Assembly: GCA_964458565.1 (NCBI GenBank)
Contig: CAYWJO010000009.1
Location: forward strand, 1-64,000
Direction of reading: 5' to 3'
DNA length: 64,000 nucleotides
Source of the DNA: an uncultured archaeon
Lineage (GTDB): Archaea; Asgardarchaeota; Thorarchaeia; Thorarchaeales; Thorarchaeaceae
Under the pieces are notes generated by a model. It saw nothing but the letters and a program-made list of their open reading frames with translations, made no database searches and was not told where the DNA came from. The position numbers and the translations under genes were made by a program. Of this stretch, positions 50,901 to 60,572 are shown one piece after another (the first letter of the stretch is position 1; every line of letters starts with the position of its first letter).

Positions 50901-51385
50901 GCTTGAATTCCTGCTATGCCCCCTCCAATGACTACGGCATTCTTTTCGACTGGATATTCCTCAAAACCTATGTCCTCTAGATGTTTTGCACGTTCGATTG
51001 CTCCAGTAATCAAATCGTATGCCACTTCGTAAGCTTCCTCTGGATGATCTCCATGAACCCATGTATCATGTTCTCTGAGGTTCGCCTGTGCCAAACGAAA
51101 TCTGTTAAGTCCGCTCTCCTCAAGGATTTCACGGAAAAGCTCCTCATGCAGTTTTGGTGTACAAGATGCGACAACTACTCCTGTTAATCCCTCTTCTTTT
51201 ATAGTATCAGCAATTTTGGTTTGACCTTCCTTTGAACAAGTAAACATGTTCCATGTTGACAATTCTACACCAGGATATTCATCAAAATCATGAGCGAGTC
51301 TATCGACGTCAATTACTCCTCCGATATTACTTCCACAGCTGCAAATGAACACACCAATCTTTTCTTTCTTCTCTTTGCGCGGCAT
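47969..51385 (-). CDS. hdrA: HdrA with inserted GltD/NfnB-like NAD(P)H-FAD module (HdrL-like)
   Basis: GVFICSCG, GGGIAG, TFPTLDCSMC; insert CKISCPAH, GAGPAG, GGGNAAVD, YRRSR, EAERCLGC; CAGSRD..CC..C; ferredoxins. Confidence 0.92.
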   Translation of the reverse strand: MPRKEKKEKIGVFICSCGSNIGGVIDVDRLAHDFDEYPGVELSTWNMFTCSKEGQTKIADTIKEEGLTGVVVASCTPKLHEELFREILEESGLNRFRLAQANLREHDTWVHGDHPEEAYEVAYDLITGAIERAKHLEDIGFEEYPVEKNAVVIGGGIAGIQAALDLAEKDIKVTLIERNVAIGGYMAKLEKTFPTLDCSMCILSPKLSAVDRSKNIEILACSEVVDVERDYGNFKVKVRKRPRFVDSEKCNSCGDCGEVCPVLTPNEHDFGLSKRKATYKPYPQAVPSTFAIEKLGHAACKISCPAHVSCQGFITLLHEKKYAKALSLVREAIPFPGSLGRVCFSACEEECERGTYDESLSIRNLHRFLYDNEQESGEIAPVETNIDKKERVAVVGAGPAGIACAYQLAILGYPVTIFEANSEAGGLMRFGIPDHRLPRKILQDEIERVVQHGVQIQTGSRIESIEELMKQGFQAVFLGTGALESSKLRVKGEDSKGVYHALDFLERVNKDEKVSIGKKVAVIGGGNAAVDAARVAVRLGAEKVSLVYRRSRAEMPAIQEEVNDTEKEGVKLQILTQPVEVLTSNGSVIGLRCSRMKLGEPDESGRRRPVSIPDSDFDMDVDTIIIAIGQKVSAIGPHAGLELTLWGTPEVDPITMQTSTTGVFAGGDLVTGPASVIEAVGAGNEAAKSIHRYIQGLDLYEGRPDVLPRAPRPELEDNELPGGNRHHMRKLPKKSRVSGFDEVELGFSEKTAIEEAERCLGCAICCECKLCVEACPKDAIDHSMKEEIVELTVGAIIAATGFEEISMEELPEYGGGKFKRVITAGQYGRLLSLVGPTGGEVLIPPEFKEKPKRIAYINCAGSRDEGCRPWCCNFGCMYTLRHAEMTDRLYHDEVEQWIIYHELRAGGKEYEQFYRRVREHGVRFARGFPSEMIEEEDGTISFSLFDQGSGQLMRLNFDLVVLTMAVDPSKGTAELAHHLGVDRSEGGFMKELHPKLEPVSTKARGVYIAGACQSPMDIPQSVAQGKAAASAAASHVLAGKVRVSMDKATINEELCIGCGLCVKICPYDAITLQDRENQPQLAQVNSLLCTGCGKCQVICPTGAASRKHYTTEQIESEIFGLIAAYRRRQAAPQSSESR

Positions 51386-51388
51386 TAT

Positions 51389-52303
51389 CTAACTCACCTC
51401 TAATCTTCCCCTAATGGGACTTGGTCCTAGTTTTCGAATTCTTTCAGTGAAATCTTCAACAATCTTGGCGAACTTAATTCCCATTGCTGCTGATGCTGAA
51501 TCAATATGGACTCTACCACCTAGCCCTATCTCTTCAAAGAGATCTGACCAGAATTTAACAAAGTCGTATTGCATGAAGTTACCTGCTTTGGGACTGTCAC
51601 CACCATAATGACACTCATTCAAGAGACAACCTGTGACCAATACACCATCAACCCCTTCCTCCATGGCTGTCATTATGTGGATTGGTTCTACTGCTCCACT
51701 ACACGGGACTCTGATTGTCCTTATGTTTGTTGGATAATGAAGATGCATCAATCCAGCGAGGTCTGCTGCAGCGTGGGAACATTCCCAGCATACAAAACAA
51801 AGTATGAATGGGTCCCAGTCCTTTAGGTCTTTAATTGGAGGGGGGCTTTCAACCTCGCCAATAATCTCCGGGAGTAAATACCTCTTTTCTAGTTCTAAGC
51901 AATCTTCAGGACAGGTATCAATACATTTGCTGCAGGCAATACATCTCTCAGCCGACCAGGAAATCGATCCGTATCCCGGAAGGTCTGTAGGAACTGGAAT
52001 TGCCTGGACATCACCACTAGTTTGCAATGTCTGGAGTAGTGTAACCAACGCCTCTCTATTTTTAGATCTGAAACCTTCCATTGGCACTGTTACTCTTAGA
52101 TAGTCAGGTAGTTGCATCGTCATGTCAAAATCCAATGCTAATGGCTCACAAGCTTCTATACATTTCTTACAAGCACTACATGTCTGAGCCGAATATTTTA
52201 TTGTTCCAAATCCTTCAACATTTTGAGGAACTTCAATATCTTTTGTTGGTGTCCTAACTGCAATATGACGTATTTTATTCAAGAGCTTTTCATGCTTTTC
52301 CAT
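51389..52303 (-). CDS. mvhD: Ferredoxin-MvhD fusion
   Basis: Two CxxCxxCxxxC(P/E); CWECSHAAADLAG, RVPCSG, GCLLNECHY. Confidence 0.88.
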   Translation of the reverse strand: MEKHEKLLNKIRHIAVRTPTKDIEVPQNVEGFGTIKYSAQTCSACKKCIEACEPLALDFDMTMQLPDYLRVTVPMEGFRSKNREALVTLLQTLQTSGDVQAIPVPTDLPGYGSISWSAERCIACSKCIDTCPEDCLELEKRYLLPEIIGEVESPPPIKDLKDWDPFILCFVCWECSHAAADLAGLMHLHYPTNIRTIRVPCSGAVEPIHIMTAMEEGVDGVLVTGCLLNECHYGGDSPKAGNFMQYDFVKFWSDLFEEIGLGGRVHIDSASAAMGIKFAKIVEDFTERIRKLGPSPIRGRLEVS

Positions 52304-52304
52304 T

Positions 52305-54251
52305 TTATGACACCTCCTCCTGTATCTTGTTTGGTAACGCTGCTATCATGTAAGTGACTTTTACACGGTTTGGGTCTTGTCCAATTTGCTCAAGCATATC
52401 TCTCGTTAGTTCAACCACCATGTCAGAAATTTTGTCACCTGTTTGATGATGACATCCCCCAGATTGGCAATGTGCGACGATGACACGTTCCGCTCCCACT
52501 GCGAGGCCTTTCAAAATTTCAATTGGTGAAACCATTCCTGCGCACGGAAATTGAAGGACATATGATCCTGTAGGATATTCTTTACCCGCGAAGCCTGCTT
52601 GGTCGATAGACGCATTTGCACACTCGCTACAAGCATATACCAGCGTAAAAGGGGTATCCTGTTCGAGTCGCTTGTGCGTTGTACCAATCATTTCAAGACG
52701 AGCAAACCAACTATCTTTTCCATGCGATTGAAACTCGATTGCTCTCGTAGGACAAACTGAAACACAAATTCCACAGAATTCGCAATGAGTTGGAATATGT
52801 TGTACTTTATCATCAACCAGACGTAATGCGTCATTAGGACAGGCTTCGATACATGCTTTGCATACATCGCAACTTTCCTCATTTATGACTGGTATCCACC
52901 CTTTTCGTTCAATCGGAGATCTGATAATTTTCAGAGATTCAAAAACCGCATTCTGAGCTGAAGAGATTGCATCATTGAGGCTCATTGGCATTTTCGTGTT
53001 TCCGGCTACGAATATTCCGCGACGTGATGTCTGTACGGGTTTCATCTTACTATATCGTGTTTTGATGAATCCATCAAGATCTAGTTCTAAACCTAGTTTT
53101 TCAGCGAGAGTATATGTTCCTTTTCTCGGTACTATGATTGGCTGAATAGCAATTATGTTAACATCAATTTCTCTGTCAACTCTCTCCAGAGTGTTTTCTA
53201 TGATGCAATTGAATCCATTGCCAATTTCGCTTATTCTTTTGAGAGCACCCCTGATGAAAATCACTCCTGCTTTACGAGCTGACCTATAGAGTTCTTCATC
53301 CTCGGTGTAGATGTCTTTGTGAACCACAATCACCGTGTGATTCCGTTTGGCTGCTATCCTTGAGACTCTAAGGATATCGCTACCTTCGACCTTCCTATTC
53401 ATATGTTCTGGATCCAAAGCAATCAAGATCTTACTATCTTTGAGATTTGCAATAACGTCCGTTAATTCCGATGTCAATATTACTCGTTCTGATTTTCCAT
53501 AATGAAATTTCTTAGCAATCTTTGGCTCTTTTCGCTCCGGATTGGAAGCAACGATAATCGCTCCGCATAGGATAATCTCTGGCGTTTCCGTGTCTGTATC
53601 AAGTGCTACCCTAAATCTACCAACATGTCCTTCAATCCCATTGATGTTGCATTGAATCCGTTTAGCTTTCTTGGTAGTTTTCAATAGCTTGTCGATTTCG
53701 GTTTTGAGTATTTCTTCATCTGCCATGAATTTACTATATTCCAGATAATTGTCATTTGTCCACTCAGGAGGTTCTATTAGAGTTACACCGATTCCTAGTT
53801 TCAGCAAATCCGAGGTGGCCTTTAGTCCTGCAAGACCGCCTCCTATTACGAGTACATCATTCAGGGTTTCATCTTTCACCTCAGTTTTTTGATTAAAGAA
53901 ATCTAAATGCGTAGCTGCATCTGATAATAGGACAACAGATTTGTTTGTAGCACCATCTGGATTGTCTGAATGTACCCACGCAACGTGCTCTCTTAGAGGC
54001 ACATATTCTATATACTCGCTTTTCAAGTGTCGAGAGATTGGAACTTCAATTATCTGTGATGTACAAGCACCTATGACAAGTCTATCCTCTGAATCGATTT
54101 CTTGTGCGAGTGATTTGAGCCCCTCCTCAAGACAAAGTGCATCTACAATTTTTACTTCATCAAAGAGTTCTTCTGTTTCTTTCAATATCTTCTCGAATTG
54201 TAGAACCTTGTCTATCGTTTTGTTGCATGTGCATAGATAGAGCTTCTTCAT
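52305..54251 (-). CDS. HdrA-like flavoprotein fused to ferredoxin and MvhD (QmoB-like architecture)
   Basis: LYLCTC, LREHVAWVH, GGGLAG, 2x4Fe-4S, C-terminal CSEC..FPCAG..CHH. Confidence 0.85.
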   Translation of the reverse strand: MKKLYLCTCNKTIDKVLQFEKILKETEELFDEVKIVDALCLEEGLKSLAQEIDSEDRLVIGACTSQIIEVPISRHLKSEYIEYVPLREHVAWVHSDNPDGATNKSVVLLSDAATHLDFFNQKTEVKDETLNDVLVIGGGLAGLKATSDLLKLGIGVTLIEPPEWTNDNYLEYSKFMADEEILKTEIDKLLKTTKKAKRIQCNINGIEGHVGRFRVALDTDTETPEIILCGAIIVASNPERKEPKIAKKFHYGKSERVILTSELTDVIANLKDSKILIALDPEHMNRKVEGSDILRVSRIAAKRNHTVIVVHKDIYTEDEELYRSARKAGVIFIRGALKRISEIGNGFNCIIENTLERVDREIDVNIIAIQPIIVPRKGTYTLAEKLGLELDLDGFIKTRYSKMKPVQTSRRGIFVAGNTKMPMSLNDAISSAQNAVFESLKIIRSPIERKGWIPVINEESCDVCKACIEACPNDALRLVDDKVQHIPTHCEFCGICVSVCPTRAIEFQSHGKDSWFARLEMIGTTHKRLEQDTPFTLVYACSECANASIDQAGFAGKEYPTGSYVLQFPCAGMVSPIEILKGLAVGAERVIVAHCQSGGCHHQTGDKISDMVVELTRDMLEQIGQDPNRVKVTYMIAALPNKIQEEVS

Positions 54252-55517
54252 TTAGTTCCCTCCCTCTAAATCAGTATATACTTGAAGCGCAATAGAATTC
54301 GCTTCTGCTATACTTGTTGGTATATCCATTGGTCCTGTTGCGGTACCACATGCGTAAATCTTCCCCCTTTCACTTGTTTGATTACTAAATCCATTTTGAC
54401 CATAGTATCTTTTCAATGCATCATTTTGAGGTCCAAGAGATTCCAGCGCCGACGCGAGAGCGACTATATCTGATTCTATCTCGATAAGTGATTGTGATTG
54501 AGTATCTTCAACTACAACCACGGGATGGTCATTTTGTATTCTAATCCTATCTGGTTTTCCTCTCACAAACTTAACTCCCATCTCCTGCGCTCTATGAAGA
54601 TATTGTCTACTTGAATGAGGAACTCGTAGGTCCATAAAACAGGCAGTGACCTCAATTCCTTTTTGTCTCAACAAGATTGCATGCTTCAGACTATAGGTGC
54701 AACATGCTTGAGAGCAGTACTCCATCGCGTTAAGGTCTCGACTACCTGCACACATTATCATAGTCACATGCTTTGCCTCCTTTCCAGTAGCAGTAACTAT
54801 TTTGCCACTTGTTGTACCAGTGGGATCAATTAACCGTGCCAGCTCTCTCTGTGTCATGACATCCTCTGAACTAGAATAGACATAACCTGGTAGATCAGAT
54901 GGATTTCGTTCATCTACACCCGTGGCCAATACAATTGCATCAGCTTTGATTGTTTTCGATTTTGATTTCTGTTCAAGGTCTATTGCATTAACTCCGCACA
55001 CCTCAATACACTTTCCGCATTTCGTACAATTCTCTATGTCAACGACGGGAGCTAAGGGTACACCTTGAGGTATTGGTCTGTAGATTGCTTTTCGCTTTCC
55101 ATTGCGAATGCCATATTCATCCTGTACTTCTACTTCACAGACCTTTATACATTCAAGACATACAACACATCTATCTAAGAGAACATATCGAGGATGAATG
55201 AAGAACGAAACCGCAAACAAACCGCCTTCCTCTGAAATCGAGGTAATCTCTGACTGTGTATATAAGTGGAGATCTTTCTTCTCTGTCAATAAACTTCTGT
55301 ATTGACATCTGCGATGGTGCCCGTCGAATATTTCTGTACAAGCATCAAGACATAATGCACAATCATCTGTTGGAAATACTCGACCAAGGTAAGTTGAGAG
55401 TCCTCCGACAATAGGTTTAGATTCAATCAGATGAACTGTAATTCCAAGATCTGTAAGTTGTTGAGCTACTTGAATTCCTGCAACACCTGCACCTATTACT
55501 ACCACTGTTTTTGCCAT
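54252..55517 (-). CDS. hdrA: Short HdrA-like flavoprotein (QmoA-like size)
   Basis: GAGVAG, FPTDDCALC, inserted ferredoxin, CAGSRD..YCSQACC. Confidence 0.85.
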   Translation of the reverse strand: MAKTVVVIGAGVAGIQVAQQLTDLGITVHLIESKPIVGGLSTYLGRVFPTDDCALCLDACTEIFDGHHRRCQYRSLLTEKKDLHLYTQSEITSISEEGGLFAVSFFIHPRYVLLDRCVVCLECIKVCEVEVQDEYGIRNGKRKAIYRPIPQGVPLAPVVDIENCTKCGKCIEVCGVNAIDLEQKSKSKTIKADAIVLATGVDERNPSDLPGYVYSSSEDVMTQRELARLIDPTGTTSGKIVTATGKEAKHVTMIMCAGSRDLNAMEYCSQACCTYSLKHAILLRQKGIEVTACFMDLRVPHSSRQYLHRAQEMGVKFVRGKPDRIRIQNDHPVVVVEDTQSQSLIEIESDIVALASALESLGPQNDALKRYYGQNGFSNQTSERGKIYACGTATGPMDIPTSIAEANSIALQVYTDLEGGN

Positions 55518-56420
55518 TTACTCCCCTCCCTTCAATTTTTCTAATAATGAATCTAACTTGACTCGATGATACCTCTTTGCATTATCAACTACGAGTTCTT
55601 CCATTCCCATGGCAAGACCAAGCATCTCTCCCAATGCTAATACAGGAATACTGTATTCTGAGTCGAATAATTCTGTAGCTTTCCTCTGCTGCATTTCCAT
55701 TTGAGTATAACATGTAGGGCAGATCATGACAATAGCATCTGCTCCAGCAGCTCTGATTTTTTGAAGTTTCTTTGCTGTAAGTTTGAAGGCTTTCTCTTCA
55801 TCAGAAGGACCAATGGGGGCACCACAACATGACATCTTGTCTTCATAATTCACTAAGGTTGCTCCTGTGGCCTCTATTAAATCATCGAACCACATTGGAT
55901 TCTCCGCATCATCCATATTGCTAGCTTCAAGTGGGCGAACCAGGTGACAACCATAATGAGGTGCAATCTTTATTCCAGTTAAAGGCCTGGTAACTTTGCT
56001 GCGGACCTGTTCGAGACCTACATCCTCATGAAGAACGTGAAGTATGTTTTTTACTGTGAGACTACCAGTAACCTCCATACCTGCTTTCTTAAGACGTTTA
56101 TTTACTCTTTCTTTAACTTCAGGGTCTTCATGTAATAGGTGATTAACCAAAGCGAGAGTATGGAAACATCCGCTGCAGAGAGCTACTGTGTCATGTCCTG
56201 TACTCTCACTTACTGCAATGTTTCTGGCAGCAACTGTGACCCAAGCTTCAAAGTCAACACCTGTGAAGGTTGTGGGTTCTGGGCAGCAAGAATGATTCTC
56301 GTTGGCCTCCAATTCGATGTTGAATAATTTGAGAACCTCTCGAGATGTCAATTCAAAATGAGGTAGTCTATAGGGAATCATGCATCCCGGAAAGTATGTA
56401 TATGTCTGCTTTTTACTCAA
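55518..56420 (-). CDS. hdrB: Heterodisulfide reductase subunit B (copy 1)
   Basis: YFPGC, CCP, CSGC, HYGCH, CCG, CPTC; start refined to TTG 56420. Confidence 0.92.
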   Translation of the reverse strand: MSKKQTYTYFPGCMIPYRLPHFELTSREVLKLFNIELEANENHSCCPEPTTFTGVDFEAWVTVAARNIAVSESTGHDTVALCSGCFHTLALVNHLLHEDPEVKERVNKRLKKAGMEVTGSLTVKNILHVLHEDVGLEQVRSKVTRPLTGIKIAPHYGCHLVRPLEASNMDDAENPMWFDDLIEATGATLVNYEDKMSCCGAPIGPSDEEKAFKLTAKKLQKIRAAGADAIVMICPTCYTQMEMQQRKATELFDSEYSIPVLALGEMLGLAMGMEELVVDNAKRYHRVKLDSLLEKLKGGE

Positions 56421-56952
56421 CAGTTTCTCCTCCATACTTTGATACAACTTTCTCAAGTCTCTCTTGGAGTCCCAAGTCCTCTAGCACTTTCGCGAGTTGT
56501 TCCATTGGTGGTGAACCTAAATCAGGAAGTCCCATCTTCTCTCTTGTCTTGATCATGGGAGTGCTTACCTCAATCGTGCGCCCCTGTGTTAGGATGGCGT
56601 GTGCTCTATCGAGGGCAGTTTGAGGAGTGTTACCTTCTGCGAGTCCTCTGACTTTTGCAAGAATCAACAACTGAGGTATTTTTACATGCTCAGGACACCT
56701 GACCTCGCATTGCTCACAGGTCAAACAGGTCCATACTAACTGATCCACTGTTAAGGATTCATCGGCAAGAAGAATCTGTTCTAAGAATTTTCGAGGATTG
56801 AATTTCTCATCTATCTCTGCTACTGGACATGCCCCTGTACATCTTCCACACTGATAGCAATTCAATAGAGTTCTTCCTTCTGGCTGGTGGAGTACCCAAT
56901 CACGAAAAACTAGGTCGGATACTATTTTTGTCGTAACCATTCCTGAATCCAT
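56413..56952 (-). CDS. hdrC: Heterodisulfide reductase subunit C (copy 1)
   Basis: CYQCGRCTGACP, WTCLTCEQCEVRCP. Confidence 0.92.
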   Translation of the reverse strand: MDSGMVTTKIVSDLVFRDWVLHQPEGRTLLNCYQCGRCTGACPVAEIDEKFNPRKFLEQILLADESLTVDQLVWTCLTCEQCEVRCPEHVKIPQLLILAKVRGLAEGNTPQTALDRAHAILTQGRTIEVSTPMIKTREKMGLPDLGSPPMEQLAKVLEDLGLQERLEKVVSKYGGETVE

Positions 56953-57156
56953 CCAATGTTGGTGCCGTAGTCTTTACATGTCATTTTTCCCGCGAAAATT
57001 ACTACGGAAACTTACTGTTCGCAGGAAATCCCTGTAATTAAGCTTTAGAAAATTACATACCCGATATAAACTTCGAGTTTCCAACTACTATTTTTCTCTG
57101 AAAAACATATCCTTATTCGTGGCTCTTAGATATTAACAAGAACTGAGGTTTTCGTT

Positions 57157-57342
57157 TTGGAATTGAAATGTAATAGCTGTGATGGAAATATATGGAACGT
57201 CACGATTTTCGAAATCAAGATTTTAGGACAAAATGTAATTTACAGTACCATCAAATGTGATGGCTGTGGAATGGTCTATCCCCTCGCCCAATTGGGAAAG
57301 AACCAGTCCAGAGGATCTGTCATGGAAATGCTAAGGGGATAA
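57157..57342 (+). CDS. Small zinc-finger protein
   Basis: CNSC...CDGC; GAGG RBS before TTG. Confidence 0.65.
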   Translation: MELKCNSCDGNIWNVTIFEIKILGQNVIYSTIKCDGCGMVYPLAQLGKNQSRGSVMEMLRG

Positions 57343-57380
57343 AACAAGGTCTTGTTATTTTCACTGCTTAGGGAGTCATA

Positions 57381-57410
57381 TTTATATAGTGTGCAAGTAC
57401 TTACTTACAT
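57381..57410 (+). promoter_or_regulatory. TATA box plus imperfect palindrome (likely TetR operator, leaderless transcript)
   Basis: TTTATATA 57381-57388, then GTGCAAGTACTTACTTACAT directly before the ATG. Confidence 0.6.
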
Positions 57411-58028
57411 ATGGCAGTTGAGGAAATAATAAAGAAGACAGCGAAGCAACGCCTCATTATTGCAGCAACGAATCTTCTTGTAAAACATGGTGCTCAGGCC
57501 ACAACAACAAGACAGATTGCAGAGGATGCAGATGTTAATGAGGTAACCCTCTTTCGGAACTTCAAATCCAAGGAGAATCTTCTTGATGAGGTCATCTGCA
57601 ATGTTGAGAAAAATGCTCTAGCGCTCCTCGATACCATACTTGATCTAGAACAGAATGTTGATGTAAAGACATTTCTACGCCTTATAGGTCAGAAACTGAA
57701 TAAATTTTCCAGAGATAAAAGAGATCTATGGATGCTGCAATATACTGTAGGTCTTCGAGACCGGTCTGTTGCTAAAACCCTCTCCTCCATTCCACAAAAA
57801 GTTCTGGCCTATCTCTCTGAATATTTTCAGGAGCAAATGAATAAGGGAACAATTCGTTCTCTTGATCCTAGAAGCACTGCTCTAATCTTCATGAGCTATA
57901 TTTCATACAGCCATCTAGCAGAGCAACTACTCAACAGCGGTTTCATCATAGATCGCGAATCTTCGTTTGAAAACTTTCTCGATGTCATAACCAGGGGAAT
58001 CCTCGCACCGGATGGATCAAAGTACTAA
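57411..58028 (+). CDS. TetR/AcrR family transcriptional regulator
   Basis: TTTRQIAEDADVNEVTLFRNFKSKENL. Confidence 0.93.
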   Translation: MAVEEIIKKTAKQRLIIAATNLLVKHGAQATTTRQIAEDADVNEVTLFRNFKSKENLLDEVICNVEKNALALLDTILDLEQNVDVKTFLRLIGQKLNKFSRDKRDLWMLQYTVGLRDRSVAKTLSSIPQKVLAYLSEYFQEQMNKGTIRSLDPRSTALIFMSYISYSHLAEQLLNSGFIIDRESSFENFLDVITRGILAPDGSKY

Positions 58029-58061
58029 GTGGATTTTGATTCTTGGATTCCCCACAATCTC

Positions 58062-59216
58062 TCATAGTGGTCTAGTCAGCACGAATTTTCTCATCTCATC
58101 CGATATCCTAACGCCTTCAACTGACGCATCAACTGACACACTCAAATCAAGATTCACTTGCTTGAAGGATTTCTTCAGATTTTCATAAGCATTTAGATCA
58201 ACTTCGAATTCCAGATTGAGTGCCTTGAGAATTCCGTATCCAAAACTTGTGATCCACAATGGGGTTAGGTCAATAGAACCACTATCATTATCGTAAAGGC
58301 TGGTTTCTTCAAATTCCATTTCTCTGCGCCTAAGGATTTTTGGTATTAGTCTTGCAGCATGGGTTCGCTTCATTTTTTCAATATCAAAGAAAGCTGTGAA
58401 TCCTCTTCCTTCTACTTGTTGTTCAACTAATATCACAATTTGCTCGTAGATATCATTAACAAAAGATTCCAAACCTTGGTTAGTGGAAGCATGCTTCACT
58501 ATCTCAAAAAGTGGATGATCAAGTCCAGCAAATTCCGGCATTCCTAATACTCTAAGTATATGAAACTGTCTTTCCATAAGACGAGTCTGAGTATCAAGCA
58601 TTCGTAGTAGTATTTTTTGCAGCTCTGAACAGTCTCCGGATTCAACTAAAGAATTGATCACCTCTGCTGCTGAAGAAATACTCTCCTTGAAAAGTTCAAT
58701 CTTACTTCTCACCATTTTTGCACCGTAGTGCTGTAGAAGATGATCTGCGATAATTTGAACGTCTGGTCCAAACGTAAGGTAGCCAAGTTGTGAGCAGAGT
58801 GCTAATGGTGTGATATCTAGTTGCTGAAACCCATTACCTCGAAGTATCAATCCTTTGAGCTTTTTGAAACCAACCAGAGGTCTGAGATCGATATCTGTAA
58901 TTCCATTTGATGCAAGATTCAAATATTCTAATTGCTTCAGTTCTCGAAGGGGCTGGAGATCAATAAAACGCAATCGATTTCCACTCAAGTCGATTCGTGT
59001 TATTTGAAAACATTCCTGAAGTGGTTGTAGGTTTATTGAATCAAGAGTACATGATTTTAGCGAAATCTCACTGAGTTGTTTACATTGTCTAAGCGGTTCC
59101 AATTCGATGGTTTCTATTGGTCGATAATCTAAAATTATTCTTTTAGTGTTGGTATGTAGTGGTACTGATTTGATATGTCCGCCTTTTGTTTTATAGTAAA
59201 GATCATTTCCACCCAA
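58062..59216 (-). CDS. Leucine-rich repeat protein
   Basis: Repeats LxxLxLxxNxIxxIDLxPL. Confidence 0.88.
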   Translation of the reverse strand: MGGNDLYYKTKGGHIKSVPLHTNTKRIILDYRPIETIELEPLRQCKQLSEISLKSCTLDSINLQPLQECFQITRIDLSGNRLRFIDLQPLRELKQLEYLNLASNGITDIDLRPLVGFKKLKGLILRGNGFQQLDITPLALCSQLGYLTFGPDVQIIADHLLQHYGAKMVRSKIELFKESISSAAEVINSLVESGDCSELQKILLRMLDTQTRLMERQFHILRVLGMPEFAGLDHPLFEIVKHASTNQGLESFVNDIYEQIVILVEQQVEGRGFTAFFDIEKMKRTHAARLIPKILRRREMEFEETSLYDNDSGSIDLTPLWITSFGYGILKALNLEFEVDLNAYENLKKSFKQVNLDLSVSVDASVEGVRISDEMRKFVLTRPL

Positions 59217-59333
59217 AGAGAGAATCAGCTCCTATTTTTGATATGTCCTCCTAGATTAATATCTAATCCTTTCAGATATCTATTAAAAAAAGAGAAAACA
59301 AGGCGTCTGAGAAGACGCCATGATTTGTATACT

Positions 59334-60533
59334 CTACCAGAGCTGATATTCTCGTTTGACAAAGCCTTGCCAAAGAGTTGGTAATTTTCCGATGACTTCT
59401 TCAACAATACTCTCAACCGAACTCATGACTTTGTCTAAATCGCAATCACCAAATAGTTCAACATTTACTGCCTTTGGTTCAGTAATTGGCGCACCAATCT
59501 GACTTACAAGGTAGCAATACACTTGTTCAAGATCTGGATGCTCCTTAACAACACGTTCAGTAATTTCACGTGCTGCAACATTGTAGGTCTTTCCTACGTG
59601 AGAAACAGGATTCTTACCACCTGCAGCTTCTAGTGTCATTGGACGATAAGGTGTAATGAGACCATTAGCACGGTTGCCTCGTCCTACCTGCCCATCATCT
59701 CCATGTTCAGCTGAAGTGCCGGTTACTGTAAGATAATACAGTCCTCGAGCTGGTTCATCTGCTGTGTTCACGCTCACTTTCGTATCGAGTTCTGTGAGTC
59801 TGGCTGAGAGATCACCGATGATTTGTTCGATATCAGTCATAACGCTCTGATATTCCTCTGCATCCTTAGTTTCAGTTGAAATTATAGCGGCTGCTATCTG
59901 AATGTGAAGTTCATCATTTACTCTCGTGCCCATGACTTTGATATCCTCACCTATCTGAGGCAGCTGCCTCTTTATGCGCTCACTGTTCAGAAGGTACTCA
60001 GATTCTAAGACAACCTGCTCAGTCGGGCTCAATGGTGCATATCCTACTCCGAAGCTAGTATCATTCGCTCGGGGGATACCTGTTTCAACATCAAAGTTGC
60101 CAACCAGATCAGTACTGCCTGCACGGATTTTATAATCAATAATGATATCCGAGTTAACATCAAGATGTGGTAGGTCCTTGTGTAGCCATTCCCTTGTGTG
60201 CTCTACTGCAAACTTACCAACTGGAACCTGCCTTTCATAGTCTTTGTCTACAACATCAACAGCACGTCCGCTGAGTAGAAGATAGATGGGTTCGATAACA
60301 TCACCGCCCCCGAATCGAGAATTTGATTGACCTCCGACGAGAAGTACTTTGTCAACATTATGATGTTGAACTCTACCAAATGTCTCTAGATAAAATTCAC
60401 TCAAACGTACAGACAATTCCTCTGCTGCTTTGTCACAAAGCGTGTCTGGGTGGCCCTTGCCTTTTCGCTCTACGATTTCCATGCTTCTCTTTGCTAAGGC
60501 TGGACCTTCGCCTCGTGTAACTTGTATATTCAT
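59334..60533 (-). CDS. mat: Archaeal-type S-adenosylmethionine synthetase
   Basis: EIVERKGKGHPD, ANDTSFG, GEDIKVMG, GKNPVSHVGK. Confidence 0.96.
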   Translation of the reverse strand: MNIQVTRGEGPALAKRSMEIVERKGKGHPDTLCDKAAEELSVRLSEFYLETFGRVQHHNVDKVLLVGGQSNSRFGGGDVIEPIYLLLSGRAVDVVDKDYERQVPVGKFAVEHTREWLHKDLPHLDVNSDIIIDYKIRAGSTDLVGNFDVETGIPRANDTSFGVGYAPLSPTEQVVLESEYLLNSERIKRQLPQIGEDIKVMGTRVNDELHIQIAAAIISTETKDAEEYQSVMTDIEQIIGDLSARLTELDTKVSVNTADEPARGLYYLTVTGTSAEHGDDGQVGRGNRANGLITPYRPMTLEAAGGKNPVSHVGKTYNVAAREITERVVKEHPDLEQVYCYLVSQIGAPITEPKAVNVELFGDCDLDKVMSSVESIVEEVIGKLPTLWQGFVKREYQLW

Positions 60534-60572
60534 AATTAATCATCTCTTAGACACAATCCCCAAGTAGAATAG

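Noticed and set aside
46558-56952. Selenocysteine recoding in HdrA/MvhD
   Set aside because: All ORFs are continuous and have Cys at the positions that carry Sec in some archaea (DCSMC, CWEC, ECHY); no in-frame TGA.
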